Source: Acidimicrobiales bacterium (lineage in GTDB: Bacteria > Actinomycetota > Acidimicrobiia > Acidimicrobiales > JBOGGX01). From it: a stretch of DNA of 54,725 nt. The stretch spans positions 1 through 54,725 of the forward strand of contig JBOGGX010000027.1 in NCBI GenBank assembly GCA_050744245.1, in the 5' to 3' direction. Below are positions 1-14,947 of the stretch, piece after piece. Both the position numbers and the translations under genes were made by a program. Every line of letters begins with the position of its first letter. Within the stretch, counting starts at the first letter, position 1. The notes beneath the pieces were generated by a model. The model had not been told where the DNA came from, made no database searches, and saw nothing but the letters and a program-made list of their open reading frames with translations.

Positions 1-210
1 GAGGCGGGGGTGCGGGCGATCCCCCGCGCCGGCTCGCTCCGGATCCGCCACCCCCAGTGCCCCTGCCACCGAATGCAGCTCGACCAGCTCGGCCCGGCAG
101 ACCTCGCACTGGTCGAGGTGGGCCGCCAGCGCCGTCGCTTCCGCCTCGTCGAGGCGGCCGATGGCCGCCAGCGCCAGCCGGCCCTGCTGGTCGCGGCAGG
201 CGTCAGCCAC
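1..210 (-). CDS. Anti-sigma factor, zf-HC2 type (5' part only; gene runs off the left edge)
   Basis: The minus frame starts at GTG 210, overlapping the sigma stop (GTGGCTGA). It reads VADACRDQQGRLALAAIGRLDEAEATALAAHLDQCEVCRAELVELHS... The H-x3-C-x2-C signature lies directly downstream of an ECF sigma gene. Confidence 0.6.
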   Translation of the reverse strand, partial: MADACRDQQGRLALAAIGRLDEAEATALAAHLDQCEVCRAELVELHSVAGALGVADPERAGAGDRPHPRL

Positions 211-682
211 GGTCCCACCCCATCTCGTCGAGCACCAGCCGGACCGCCTTGAGGGCGTAGAACAGCCGGCTGCGCACGGTGCCCTCGGGAACACCGAGCC
301 GCGCCGCCACCTCGGTGGCCGGGCGGCCCTCGTAGTAGGTGGCGACGAGCACGGTGCGGTGGTGTTCGGACAGGCGGGCCAGCGCCTCCTCTACCTGCCA
401 GGACCGCAACCGCCGGTCGAGCTCGTCGTCGGCGAACGGGATGTACGACTCGTCCCGTCCGGCCCTCGCCGATCGCGACCGGGCCAGGTCGACCACGACG
501 TTGCGGCAGATGGCGAACAGCCACGTCCGCACCGCGCCGATCGCCGGGTCGAACCGGGGTGCGGCCCGCCAGGCCCGCACGAACGTCTCCTGCACCGCCT
601 CCTCCGCCAGGCCTCGGTCCTCGAGTCCCCGCAGGGCGAACCCATACAGCTCGCCGGCATGGGCGTCGTAGGCCTGGGTCAT
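203..682 (-). CDS. ECF-type sigma-70 family RNA polymerase sigma factor
   Basis: ORF 203..790. Region 2 motifs ELYGFALRGL..AEEAVQETFVRAWR and RTWLFAICRNVVVDLAR are present. The region 4 HTH reads ATEVAARLGVPEGTVRSRLFYALK. Start set at ATG 682 (MTQAYDAH); ATG 790 is an alternative. Confidence 0.85.
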   Translation of the reverse strand: MTQAYDAHAGELYGFALRGLEDRGLAEEAVQETFVRAWRAAPRFDPAIGAVRTWLFAICRNVVVDLARSRSARAGRDESYIPFADDELDRRLRSWQVEEALARLSEHHRTVLVATYYEGRPATEVAARLGVPEGTVRSRLFYALKAVRLVLDEMGWDRG

Positions 683-803
683 GGCGGCCTCGTTGTCCAG
701 CCGGTCGGATGGGTAGCCGTTACGGGTCTCGCCGTACCGGCCACCCATCACGAGCCGAGCGCGGGGGCGCATGCCCTGGATACGGGCCATCCCCCGGATT
801 CCT

Positions 804-1217
804 TCACCCGCCCTGGTTGACGAGGTGGGTCGACGCCGCCTCGAAGTACTCGACGAACCGGGCCTCGGTCGCCGGGTCGAGACCGGACTCGCGGACGGCG
901 GCGGCCATGTGCCCGAACCAGGCGTCCCGTTCGGCGGGGCCGATGGCGAACGGGAAGTGGCGTCGACGCAGCATCGGGTGGCCGCGCTGCTCGCTGTACG
1001 CGCTCGGCCCGCCCCAGTACTGGCCGAGGAACAGGGCGAGGTGGGCCTTGGGGCCCGACAGGTCGGCCGGGTAGAGCGGCCGCAGGACGGGGTCGCCCTC
1101 GACCCGGGCGTAGAAGCGCTCGACCAGGTCGTCGAAGAAGGCCTGCCCGCCGACGGCCCGGTACACGCCGAGCTCCACGCCGTTCGAGGCTAGCGACGCG
1201 TTCGCACCCGAGGACAC
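804..1217 (-). CDS. glbO: Group 2 truncated hemoglobin (GlbO-like)
   Basis: 137 aa. FFDDLVERFYARVEGDPVLRPLYP...LFLGQYWGGPSAYSEQRGHPMLRRRHFPFAIGPAERDAWFGHM is the classical trHbO core. Confidence 0.8.
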   Translation of the reverse strand: MSSGANASLASNGVELGVYRAVGGQAFFDDLVERFYARVEGDPVLRPLYPADLSGPKAHLALFLGQYWGGPSAYSEQRGHPMLRRRHFPFAIGPAERDAWFGHMAAAVRESGLDPATEARFVEYFEAASTHLVNQGG

Positions 1218-1304
1218 CCCGGACGCGCCGTTCTGTGGCGACTTGCGCTCGCTCTACGTGTCCCCGACGACACAGAGGAGGTTTTTTGGCGGGGTTTGGG
1301 GGGG

Positions 1305-5867
<4,563 letters not shown>

Positions 5868-5980
5868 GAGCGGTCGTCCCTTTGCTGGTGTCTGGTCGTT
5901 GTGGGCGACCGGGACGACGCTGGCCCGGCAGGTGGCTCACCAGACTACCGCGGCGGGCGAGGCCTCCTAGCATCCCAGGG

Positions 5981-7285
5981 GTGACCGCAACGGTGGCCAG
6001 CAGCCTCATCGAGTTCGTCGACGCATCGCCGTCACCGTTCCACGCCTGCGCCGAGGCCGCAGCCCGGCTGGAGGCGGCCGGGTCCACCGAGATGGCCGAG
6101 GCCGACGCCTGGCCCGGGGGCGGGCGCCACCACATCCGCCGGGGCGGCACCCTGGTCGCGTGGGCCGTCCCCGACGATGGCGTCCCGGCGACCACGCCGT
6201 TCCGCATCGTCGGCGCCCACACCGACAGCCCCAACCTCCGCGTCAAGCCCAGGCCCGACACGGGCCGGGCCGGCGCCCGGCAGCTGGGCGTCGAGGTCTA
6301 CGGCGGCCCGCTCCTCAACTCATGGCTCGGGCGCGACCTCGGGCTGTCCGGCGGGGTCGCGATCCAATCGGAGGGCGAGGGCCGGCCCATCGAGACCCGA
6401 ATGGTCAGGGTCGACCGCCCGCTGCTGTTCGTTCCCCAGCTCGCCATCCATCTCGACCGCGAGATCAACGTCAACGGGCTGAAGCTCAACCCGCAGGAGC
6501 ACCTCAACCCCGTGTGGGGCATCGGTCCGCCCGACGAGGGCGGGTTCGCCCGCTTCCTGGCCAAGGAGCTCGGGATCGACGACACCGCGGTCAGGGGGTG
6601 GGACGTCATGGCCCACGACCTCACGCCCGCGACCCTGCTCGGGCCGGACGACGAGTTGCTCGCGGCACCGAGGCTCGACAACCTGTGTTCCGCGTTCGCC
6701 GCGGTGACGGCCATGGTCGGCGCCGGCCGCGAGCCGGGCGACGCGCCGATGCCGATCCCCGTCATCGCCCTGTTCGACCACGAGGAGGTGGGGAGCACCA
6801 CCGCCCAGGGCGCCGGCGGCCCGGTGCTGGCCACCGTGCTCGAGCGCCTGGTGCTGGGCCGGGGCGGCACCCGCGACGACCTGCACCGGGCCGTGGCCGG
6901 CTCGGTCTGCGTCTCGGCCGACATGGCCCACGCCACCCACCCCAACTACGCCGAGCGTCACGACCCGGCCCACTGGGTCACCCTGAACGGCGGACCGGTG
7001 ATCAAGACCAACGTCAGCCAGCGCTACGCCACCACCGCGGCGACCGCGGCCGTCTTCCATGAGGCCTGTGACCGGGCGGGCGTGCCGGTGCAGCACTATG
7101 TCCATCGCAACGACATGCCCTGCGGATCGACCATCGGACCCGTCACCGCAGCCGAGCTCGGGGTGGCGGTGGTCGACGTGGGCGCCCCGATGCTCGCCAT
7201 GCACTCGGCCCGCGAGCTCATGGGCTCGGCCGATGCCGGTTGGCTCGCCGACGCGTTGACCGCCTTCCTGTCGCCGCCGGCCTGA
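5981..7285 (+). CDS. M18 family (aspartyl) aminopeptidase
   Basis: Tail of ORF 5882..7285, starting at in-frame GTG 5981. FVDASPSPFHAC..., GAHTDSPNL, LFDHEEVGS and DMAHATHPN are typical M18 blocks. Confidence 0.85.
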   Translation: MTATVASSLIEFVDASPSPFHACAEAAARLEAAGSTEMAEADAWPGGGRHHIRRGGTLVAWAVPDDGVPATTPFRIVGAHTDSPNLRVKPRPDTGRAGARQLGVEVYGGPLLNSWLGRDLGLSGGVAIQSEGEGRPIETRMVRVDRPLLFVPQLAIHLDREINVNGLKLNPQEHLNPVWGIGPPDEGGFARFLAKELGIDDTAVRGWDVMAHDLTPATLLGPDDELLAAPRLDNLCSAFAAVTAMVGAGREPGDAPMPIPVIALFDHEEVGSTTAQGAGGPVLATVLERLVLGRGGTRDDLHRAVAGSVCVSADMAHATHPNYAERHDPAHWVTLNGGPVIKTNVSQRYATTAATAAVFHEACDRAGVPVQHYVHRNDMPCGSTIGPVTAAELGVAVVDVGAPMLAMHSARELMGSADAGWLADALTAFLSPPA

Positions 7286-7297
7286 GCCCCAAGCATC

Positions 7298-8523
7298 ATG
7301 GCCGTCCCCCACCTCAGGGTCGCGGTGGTCGGCTGCGGCACCGGGGGCCCGGCCGCGGCCCGATTCCTCGGCCGGCTCGGCCACGAGGTCACGGTGTTCG
7401 AGCGGTTTCCCGACCCGCAGCCCGTCGGGGCCGGCATCCTGCTGCAGCCCACCGGCCAGGGCGTGCTGCGCCGGCTCGGGCTGTTCGACCGGGTGGCGGC
7501 CGGCAGCTCGGTGATCGACCGGGTCTACGCCGTCTCCCACCGGGGCCGGCCGGTCATGGACTTCGGCTACGGCGACGTGACGCCCGGTCAGCACGCCCTC
7601 GGGGTCCACCGCGGTCTCCTGTTCCACACCCTCGTCGATGGCCTCGGCATCGCTCCCGAGATCGAGCTCAGGCTCGGCGTCGAGGTCACGGTGGCCGCGG
7701 GGAATCGTCCAGGTGCTGGCTGGGCGACGTGGCCGGCCGGCGGCACGGCCCGTTCGATCTCGTGGTGGCGGCCGATGGCGCCCGCTCGCAGGTCCGACGG
7801 TCGACCGACCTGGTCCGTCGGGACAAGGAGCATCCATGGGGCGCGATCTGGGCCATCGTCGACGACACCCGTGATCGACACTCCACAGTGCTCTATCAAC
7901 ACTACCGGGGCACCAGGGTCACGTTCGGGCTGCTGCCGACCGGATCGGCCGCCGACGGGCCGCGGCGCGTGTCGTTGTACTGGTCGGTCGAGAACCGCAG
8001 GGTCGACGAGCTCGACCGGCGCGGGCTCGACGGGTTCAAGGACGAGATCCGGCGCCTGACGCCCGAAGGCGACGAGGTGCTCGATCAGATCACCGAACCC
8101 GGCCAGCTGGTCCACGCCGAGTACCGCGACGTGGTGCTGCGGCGACTCCATGCCGACGACCGGCTGGTGTTCGTCGGCGACGCGGCCCATGCCATGAGCC
8201 CGCAGCTGGGCCAGGGCGCCAACCTCGCCCTGCTCGACGCGGCGGCGCTGGCCGATGCGATCGAAGGGGCGGCCGACCTGCGCGCCGCGCTGGCCGCGTA
8301 CCAGGCCGCCCGGCGGGCCCACGTGTGGTTCTACACCTGGATGAGCCGGATGATGACGCCGCTCTTCCAGTCGAACCTGGTGTTCCTCGGCCCGCCCAGG
8401 GACCTGCTCCTCGAACCGGTGTCACGCCCCCGCATGGTGCGGCGGTTGATGGTCGAGCTGCTCGCCGGCCGGGTCCTCGCCGGTGGAAGCTTCAGGCGAC
8501 GACCCACGGGTGGTCGTGGGTGA
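7298..8523 (+). pseudogene. FAD-dependent monooxygenase (UbiH/VisC-type fold) with a broken reading frame
   Basis: The N-terminal part, in the frame of ORF 7298, reads VAVVGCGTGGPAAARFLGRLGHEVTVFER (GxGxxG). The C-terminal part, in the frame of ORF 7240, reads FDLVVAADGARSQVR ... FVGDAAHAMSPQLGQGANLALLDA. The frame must change at about 7685-7715; a GGGG run sits at 7699-7702. Confidence 0.7.
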
Positions 8524-9781
8524 AGGTCCTGAAGATGTCGGCCTGGGTCAGCGGCCCGTACGTGCGGTGGTCGAGGGCAGAATCGCGCCGCAGCCCCTGC
8601 AGGTCGTCCGGGCTGAACCGGCACGGCACCGTCGTCGGCTCGACGCCGTAGAGCCTGGCCGCGTTCCCCCCGAGGATCTTCGCCTTCACGTCGGGGGTGA
8701 GCGCGGGATAGCCGAACTGGTCCTGGAACTGCTCGGTGATCTCGAACGCCCTGAACGCCTGGATCTGGTCCTGGGGCGAGCCGTACCAGATCGAGTCGGT
8801 CCCCCAGAGCACGTTGTCGGCCCCGAACGCGGCGAGCAGCTTGCCGAGGAGATGGGCCGCCTCGTCGGGCGAGCCCATCACGCTGCGCCACGTCGAGCCG
8901 AGCTCGGCGTAGACATTGCCGCCGGGCCCGATGCCGGCGTCCTGCGCGCTGCGCACCAGCCGGTCGACGCCTTGGCCGTCCGGGTCGTACGGCCCCTCGG
9001 CGACGCCGCTCTCGAAGCCGGAGTGGTACACGAGGAACTGGATCCCGGGGTGGTTGACCGCGGCCGGGCCGATGTCGACGGGTGAGGCGAACGTCGCGCC
9101 CCCTGACAGTCCCTTGTGGACGGCGACGACCGGCACACCGATCTCCTCGACCTTCTCGAGGAAGGCGTCGCCCACCGGCAACCCTTCCGGGTCGCGGTCG
9201 TCGAAGAACCAGCCGTTGGGCGAGTGGGTGTACACCTTCCACGCCGCGATCGGATGGGTCGACGCGATCTGCTGCATCTGGAGCAGGGCGGCCTCGACCG
9301 GTCCGACGTCGGGGACGGCGTGGCCCTGTATCAGCACCCGCCCGTCGTCGCACAACTCGTTGGCCGTGCGGAGGGCCTGGGCCATGATCTCGATCGAGAG
9401 GGGGTCGGCCTCGCCCACGACCGGAATGGCCGAGATCACGGCCATGGTCGTGTCGCTGCGGAGGAAGACCTCCTCCATCCAGTGCTCGACGCTGAAGCAG
9501 TCGCGCGCATCGGCCTCGCCGCAGCCGGCCTGGGGGAAGCCGGCGCCGAAGAAGTTCGACGACGGCGGGATGGCGTCGAACTCGAGGAAGTGGGTCTGGA
9601 CGTCGAAGACGAACTCAGGTGTTCCGAGCGCCTCCTCGGCCACCGTCGGTTCGGTGGTGGCTTCGGGCGGGACGGTGATCCGGCCGCCCTCGCCGCCCCC
9701 GGACTCGCGCGAGCAGGCGGCCAGGGCGAACAGCCCGGTGGCCGCGCCGGCCGCCGAGAGCAGGAACTCGCGCCGGCTCAT
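8492..9781 (-). CDS. Amidohydrolase-family metal-dependent hydrolase with Tat signal and lipobox
   Basis: Tail of ORF 8492..10243. MSRREFLLSAAGAATGLFALAACS has a twin-arginine motif plus an LAAC lipobox. An amidohydrolase_2-like body follows (FVFDVQTHF..., VAVHKG, LWGTDSIWYG). ATG 9853 is an alternative start. Confidence 0.75.
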   Translation of the reverse strand: MSRREFLLSAAGAATGLFALAACSRESGGGEGGRITVPPEATTEPTVAEEALGTPEFVFDVQTHFLEFDAIPPSSNFFGAGFPQAGCGEADARDCFSVEHWMEEVFLRSDTTMAVISAIPVVGEADPLSIEIMAQALRTANELCDDGRVLIQGHAVPDVGPVEAALLQMQQIASTHPIAAWKVYTHSPNGWFFDDRDPEGLPVGDAFLEKVEEIGVPVVAVHKGLSGGATFASPVDIGPAAVNHPGIQFLVYHSGFESGVAEGPYDPDGQGVDRLVRSAQDAGIGPGGNVYAELGSTWRSVMGSPDEAAHLLGKLLAAFGADNVLWGTDSIWYGSPQDQIQAFRAFEITEQFQDQFGYPALTPDVKAKILGGNAARLYGVEPTTVPCRFSPDDLQGLRRDSALDHRTYGPLTQADIFRTFTHDHPWVVA

Positions 9782-9971
9782 GCCGATCCGCCGGGCGTTG
9801 TCGTCGCTCAGGCGCCGGGCCCGGCGCATCGCCTGACGGGCGACCTCGCTCATCGGCCTGGGGACGTACTCGCCGTTCGAGCAGGGCTGGAGCTTGATCG
9901 GCAGCCCTGGGTCCCGCTCCCGGTCGTCCCGCAACGACATCGCCCGCAGCGTAGGACGGCACAATGGCCCC

Positions 9972-10382
9972 ATGGACATCACCAAGGCGCAGGAGTTCCT
10001 GCGACAGCACCACCGTGCGTTGTTGGCCACCCGCCGGCGCGACGGCTCGCCCCAGATGTCGCCCGTGCTCGCCGTCGTCGACGCCGAGGGCCGGGCGGCG
10101 GTGAGCAGCCGGGAAACCGCGATCAAGACCAAGAACATCAGGCGCGACCCCAGGGTGTCGCTGTGCGTGGTCGCCGACGGCTGGTACGGCGAGTGGATCC
10201 AGGTCGACGGCACGGCCGAGGTCGTCTCGCTGCCCGAGGCCATGGAGCCGCTCGTCGACTACTACCGCCGGGACGCGGGCGAGCACCCCGACTGGGACGA
10301 GTACCGGACCGCCATGGAGCAGGAGCGCCGGGTGCTGCTGCGGGTCGCGATCGAGCGGGCCGGCCCCGACCGCTCGGGCTAG
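9972..10382 (+). CDS. PPOX-class (pyridoxamine 5'-phosphate oxidase-like / F420-binding) split-barrel protein
   Basis: MDITKAQEFLRQHHRALLATRRRDGSPQMSPV...RDPRVSLCV...WIQVDGTAEV. Start is ATG 9972 inside ORF 9894..10382. Confidence 0.75.
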   Translation: MDITKAQEFLRQHHRALLATRRRDGSPQMSPVLAVVDAEGRAAVSSRETAIKTKNIRRDPRVSLCVVADGWYGEWIQVDGTAEVVSLPEAMEPLVDYYRRDAGEHPDWDEYRTAMEQERRVLLRVAIERAGPDRSG

Positions 10383-10387
10383 CGCAA

Positions 10388-10430
10388 CTCGACGCATCTA
10401 CGGTCGAAATTCGACCATGGCTGCGTCGAG
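10388..10430. repeat. Nested palindromic element, copy A
   Basis: Outer arms CTCGACGCA (10388-10396) and TGCGTCGAG (10422-10430) enclose the inner palindrome GGTCGA-AAT-TCGACC (10402-10416). The outer arms are shared with copy B at 29723-29769. The element lies between the PPOX stop and the DtxR-family gene. Confidence 0.8.
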
Positions 10431-10441
10431 AATGGGCGGCT

Positions 10442-10471
10442 TTGACTTTTCGCGGCACCGAAAAATACGTT
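10442..10471 (+). promoter_or_regulatory. Candidate sigma-70-type promoter for the DtxR-family gene
   Basis: TTGACT (10442-10447), an 18-nt spacer, then TACGTT (10466-10471, fits TAnnnT). It sits about 10 nt upstream of ATG 10481, which would imply a very short or absent leader. Confidence 0.35.
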
Positions 10472-10480
10472 GCTGCCGGC

Positions 10481-11164
10481 ATGGAGCCCAAGCTGACCAG
10501 GTCCGAGCGCGAGACGCTCAAGGCCATCTACCGGCTGACCGCGGGTGACGCGTCGGCCCAGACCGGCGGGCTGGCCGACCGGCTCCACGTGAGCCCGAGC
10601 ACGATCACCACCACCGTGAAGCGGCTCGCCGACCGGGGCCTGGCCGAGCACGAGCTCTACAAGGGCGTCCGCCTGACCCAGGCCGGGCGGCGGGCCGCGG
10701 TGGCCACGATCCGCCGGCACCGGATCGTCGAGCGCTTCCTGTCCGACATGCTCGGCTACAAGTGGAACGAGGCCGACCGGCTGGCCACCACGTTCGAACA
10801 CGACCTGCCCCAGGAGGTCGAGGACCGCATCTACCTGGCCCTCGACCGGCCCGAGACCTGCCCCCACGGCTTCCCGATCCCCGAGCCGGAGACGGCAGAC
10901 CTGCCCGAACTGCCGCCGCTCTACGACCTCGAACCGGGCGACGTGGCGGTGGTCGCGGTGCCAGGGTCGACCGACCCAGAGGTCGTCTCGTTCCTCGACC
11001 GGCTCGGCCTCCGCCCCGGCGGGCGGGTCGAGGTGCGCGAGAAGCACCCGTTCGACGGGCCCATGGTGCTGTCGGTCGACGGCCACGACCGCACCGTCGG
11101 TCGCACGGTGGCCACTCAGGTGTTCGTCCAGCGGATGAAGTCGAACGGCGCCGACGACCCGTAG
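10481..11164 (+). CDS. DtxR/IdeR/MntR-family metal-dependent transcriptional regulator
   Basis: MEPKLTRSERETLKAIYRL...STITTTVKRLADRGL (wHTH). IRRHRIVERFLSDMLGYKWNEADRLATTFEHDL is the metal-binding/dimerisation domain. A C-terminal FeoA/SH3-like domain is present (LEPGDVAVV...GLRPGGRVEV). Confidence 0.9.
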   Translation: MEPKLTRSERETLKAIYRLTAGDASAQTGGLADRLHVSPSTITTTVKRLADRGLAEHELYKGVRLTQAGRRAAVATIRRHRIVERFLSDMLGYKWNEADRLATTFEHDLPQEVEDRIYLALDRPETCPHGFPIPEPETADLPELPPLYDLEPGDVAVVAVPGSTDPEVVSFLDRLGLRPGGRVEVREKHPFDGPMVLSVDGHDRTVGRTVATQVFVQRMKSNGADDP

Positions 11165-11180
11165 GAGACCTGGTCGTCGC

Positions 11181-12419
11181 TCAGTCGAACAACGGATCGG
11201 GCACGGTCTCGTCCACCAGCTCCGCCTCGTCCTCGGTGATCGGGCCCACCCCCGGCGCCACGTTGCGGCGCAGGATCACCACCGCAACCACGGCCAGCAC
11301 GGCCGAGGCGGCGAACGCGGCCCGTTCCCCCGAGAGGGCGACGAGCACGCCGAGGACGGCGGCCCCGACCCCCTGGGCCACGTCGAAGAACAGGGTGAAC
11401 GTAGCCACCGCGTGGCTCCGCTCCCGCTCGGGGGCGGCGTCGACCACCAGGCGCATCAGCGACGGGAAGTGCAGCGCAACGCCCAAGGCATAGACCACCG
11501 TGCCGGCGTACAGGCCGGCGACGCTCGGGACCGCGGCGAGCACGACGAAGCCGACGGCCTGGAGGACCAGGGCGATGGTGGAGGCGCGGATGGGCCCGAG
11601 CCGATCGGGCAGCCGGCCGCCCAGGATCCGCACGGCCAACACGAGGACCGAGTAGACGGCGAACACCGTGCCCGACGTGGCCAGGCCGACCTGGTCGACA
11701 TACAACGGCAGGAAGGCCGCGAAGGCGGCGAACCCGGTGGTCGCGAGGGCCAGGACGAAACCGGGACGGATCGCCGCCGGGTGCAGATAGCGCCGCCAGA
11801 ACGAGCCGCCGGCGGTGTGCTCGAGCGATCCATCGGGCGCACCGGCCTCGGCCCCACCGAGGCCCGACGGGATGCCGATCGCGAGGACGGCGGCCAGCAG
11901 GCAGAAAACGGCGGACACGAGCCATACCTCCGACGGACCGGCCGCGTGCCGGACGGTCTCGCCCAGCACCGGGCCGATGGCCAACCCTCCGTAGATGGCG
12001 ATGGAGAAGTAGGAAGCGGCCTCACCCCGCCGTTCCCTGGGGGCCAGGTCCTGGGCCGCGGTGGCCGCCCCGACGAACACCGCGGCCTCGCCGACACCGC
12101 TCAACAGCCGCATCACGATGAGCCAGGCCAGGCTCTCGACCACCCCATAGAGCAGGACCGAGGCGCCGACGATGAGCGCCCCGCCAACGATCAGTGGCCG
12201 ACGGCCCCGCCGGTCGCCGATCCGGCCGACGAGCGGCCGGAGGACGGCTGCGGTCACCGCGAACGCCCCCACCGCGACGCCGACGGCGAAGGCGCTCCCG
12301 TCGAGGTCGCCCTCGACATACAGCGGAAGGACGGGGATGAGCGCCCCCAACCCGATGAAGTACGACAGGGCCGACGCGGTGACCAGCGCGAACGCGGGCG
12401 TGATCAGCCGCCCCCGCAC
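11181..12419 (-). CDS. MFS transporter
   Basis: 412 aa with about 12 hydrophobic segments. MFS motif A reads GRIGDRRGRRPLIVGG. GTG start at 12419 lies 2 nt after the gltD stop. Confidence 0.85.
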   Translation of the reverse strand: MRGRLITPAFALVTASALSYFIGLGALIPVLPLYVEGDLDGSAFAVGVAVGAFAVTAAVLRPLVGRIGDRRGRRPLIVGGALIVGASVLLYGVVESLAWLIVMRLLSGVGEAAVFVGAATAAQDLAPRERRGEAASYFSIAIYGGLAIGPVLGETVRHAAGPSEVWLVSAVFCLLAAVLAIGIPSGLGGAEAGAPDGSLEHTAGGSFWRRYLHPAAIRPGFVLALATTGFAAFAAFLPLYVDQVGLATSGTVFAVYSVLVLAVRILGGRLPDRLGPIRASTIALVLQAVGFVVLAAVPSVAGLYAGTVVYALGVALHFPSLMRLVVDAAPERERSHAVATFTLFFDVAQGVGAAVLGVLVALSGERAAFAASAVLAVVAVVILRRNVAPGVGPITEDEAELVDETVPDPLFD

Positions 12420-12421
12420 GG

Positions 12422-13894
<1,473 letters not shown>

Positions 13895-13992
13895 CTCTCC
13901 TCACGGCGGCTCGGTGGTGGACCGACGGGCGACGCATGCGAGCCGCCGTTGGCTCGCGAACAGGTCAGCCTAGCTCTTGACCCCCCGGCGCC

Positions 13993-14901
13993 TCACAGGC
14001 CGACGTCGGCCGACCGCGAGAACGTGTCGCACTCGTCGACCTGGCCGCGCTCGTAGCCGGTAGTGAACCACCGTTGGCGCATCTCGGAGCTGCCGTGGGT
14101 CCAGGTCTCCGGATTGATCTGGCCCCTGCCCTGGCTCTGGATCCGGTCGTCGCCGACGGCCGCGGCCGCCTCGAGCCCCTCTTCGACGTCGCCGGGCTCG
14201 AGGAGCTGGTCGCCGAAGGCGGTGTTGGCCCAGATGCCGGAATAGCAGTCGGCCTGGAGCTCGAGCCGGACCGACAGCTCATTCGCCACCGAAGGGCTGG
14301 CCTGCTGCTCCGCCCTGACCTGGTCGCTCGTGCCCAGGACGTTCTGGACGTGATGGCCGAACTCGTGGGCGATCACGTACGCCTGGGCGAAGTCGCCCGG
14401 CGCGCCGAACCGGTCGGACAGCTCGTTGAAGAACCCGGTGTCGACGTAGACCTTCCCGTCGGCCGGGCAGTAGAACGGACCGACCGCCGAGCTGGCGAAC
14501 CCGCACCCCGTCTGGACCTGGCCCTCGAAGCGGACGAGGGTCGTGGCCTGGTAGGCGTTGCCCGTCTGGTCCGGCAGGATCTCGGTCCACTCGTCCTGGA
14601 TGTCGTCGACGATGAACCCCATGAACTCGCCGATCTCGTCCGGCTCGGGCGAACCCTCGGGCAGGAGCGCGTTGCCCCCACCAAGTCCGCCCCGGAGGAG
14701 GAAGAAGCCGACGACCACGACGACGACCAGCCCGACGACGCCGCCGCAGCCGCCCTTGCCGGTCGGCATCGGGATCGGCAGCCGGGACCCTCCCGTGCCG
14801 CCCGCCTGGCCGGTCGGGAAGGGGAACCCGAGCCCGCCGCCCCCCTGGCCGCGTCGATCCTCGATCTGGTCCTGACCCACCCCCCGTTTCCACTTGACCA
14901 A
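13993..14901 (-). CDS. YpfJ-like neutral zinc metallopeptidase (membrane anchored)
   Basis: KWKRG..QIEDRRG N-terminus, Gly-rich linker plus TM segment, then the zinc motif VIAHEFGHHVQN and ELQADCYSG. Start set at TTG 14901. ATG 14949 would overlap the divergent gene's start. Confidence 0.8.
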   Translation of the reverse strand: MVKWKRGVGQDQIEDRRGQGGGGLGFPFPTGQAGGTGGSRLPIPMPTGKGGCGGVVGLVVVVVVGFFLLRGGLGGGNALLPEGSPEPDEIGEFMGFIVDDIQDEWTEILPDQTGNAYQATTLVRFEGQVQTGCGFASSAVGPFYCPADGKVYVDTGFFNELSDRFGAPGDFAQAYVIAHEFGHHVQNVLGTSDQVRAEQQASPSVANELSVRLELQADCYSGIWANTAFGDQLLEPGDVEEGLEAAAAVGDDRIQSQGRGQINPETWTHGSSEMRQRWFTTGYERGQVDECDTFSRSADVGL

Positions 14902-14947
14902 TCTCTGCCACCCCCCTCCGGAGCGAGTCAGCCAACATGGGTGGCTC

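Noticed and set aside
1270-1300. GAGGAGGTTTTTT followed by a G-rich run between gltB and glbO, considered as an RBS or terminator.
   Set aside because: The only plus-strand ORF after it is antisense to gltB. On the minus strand there is no stable stem preceding the A/T run, so neither role is supported.
13938-13957. GCGAGCC-GCCGTT-GGCTCGC hairpin downstream of the YpfJ-like gene, considered as a terminator.
   Set aside because: A 7-bp stem without a U-tract on the relevant strand. It also lies in the gltD upstream region. Plausible but unsupported without transcript data.
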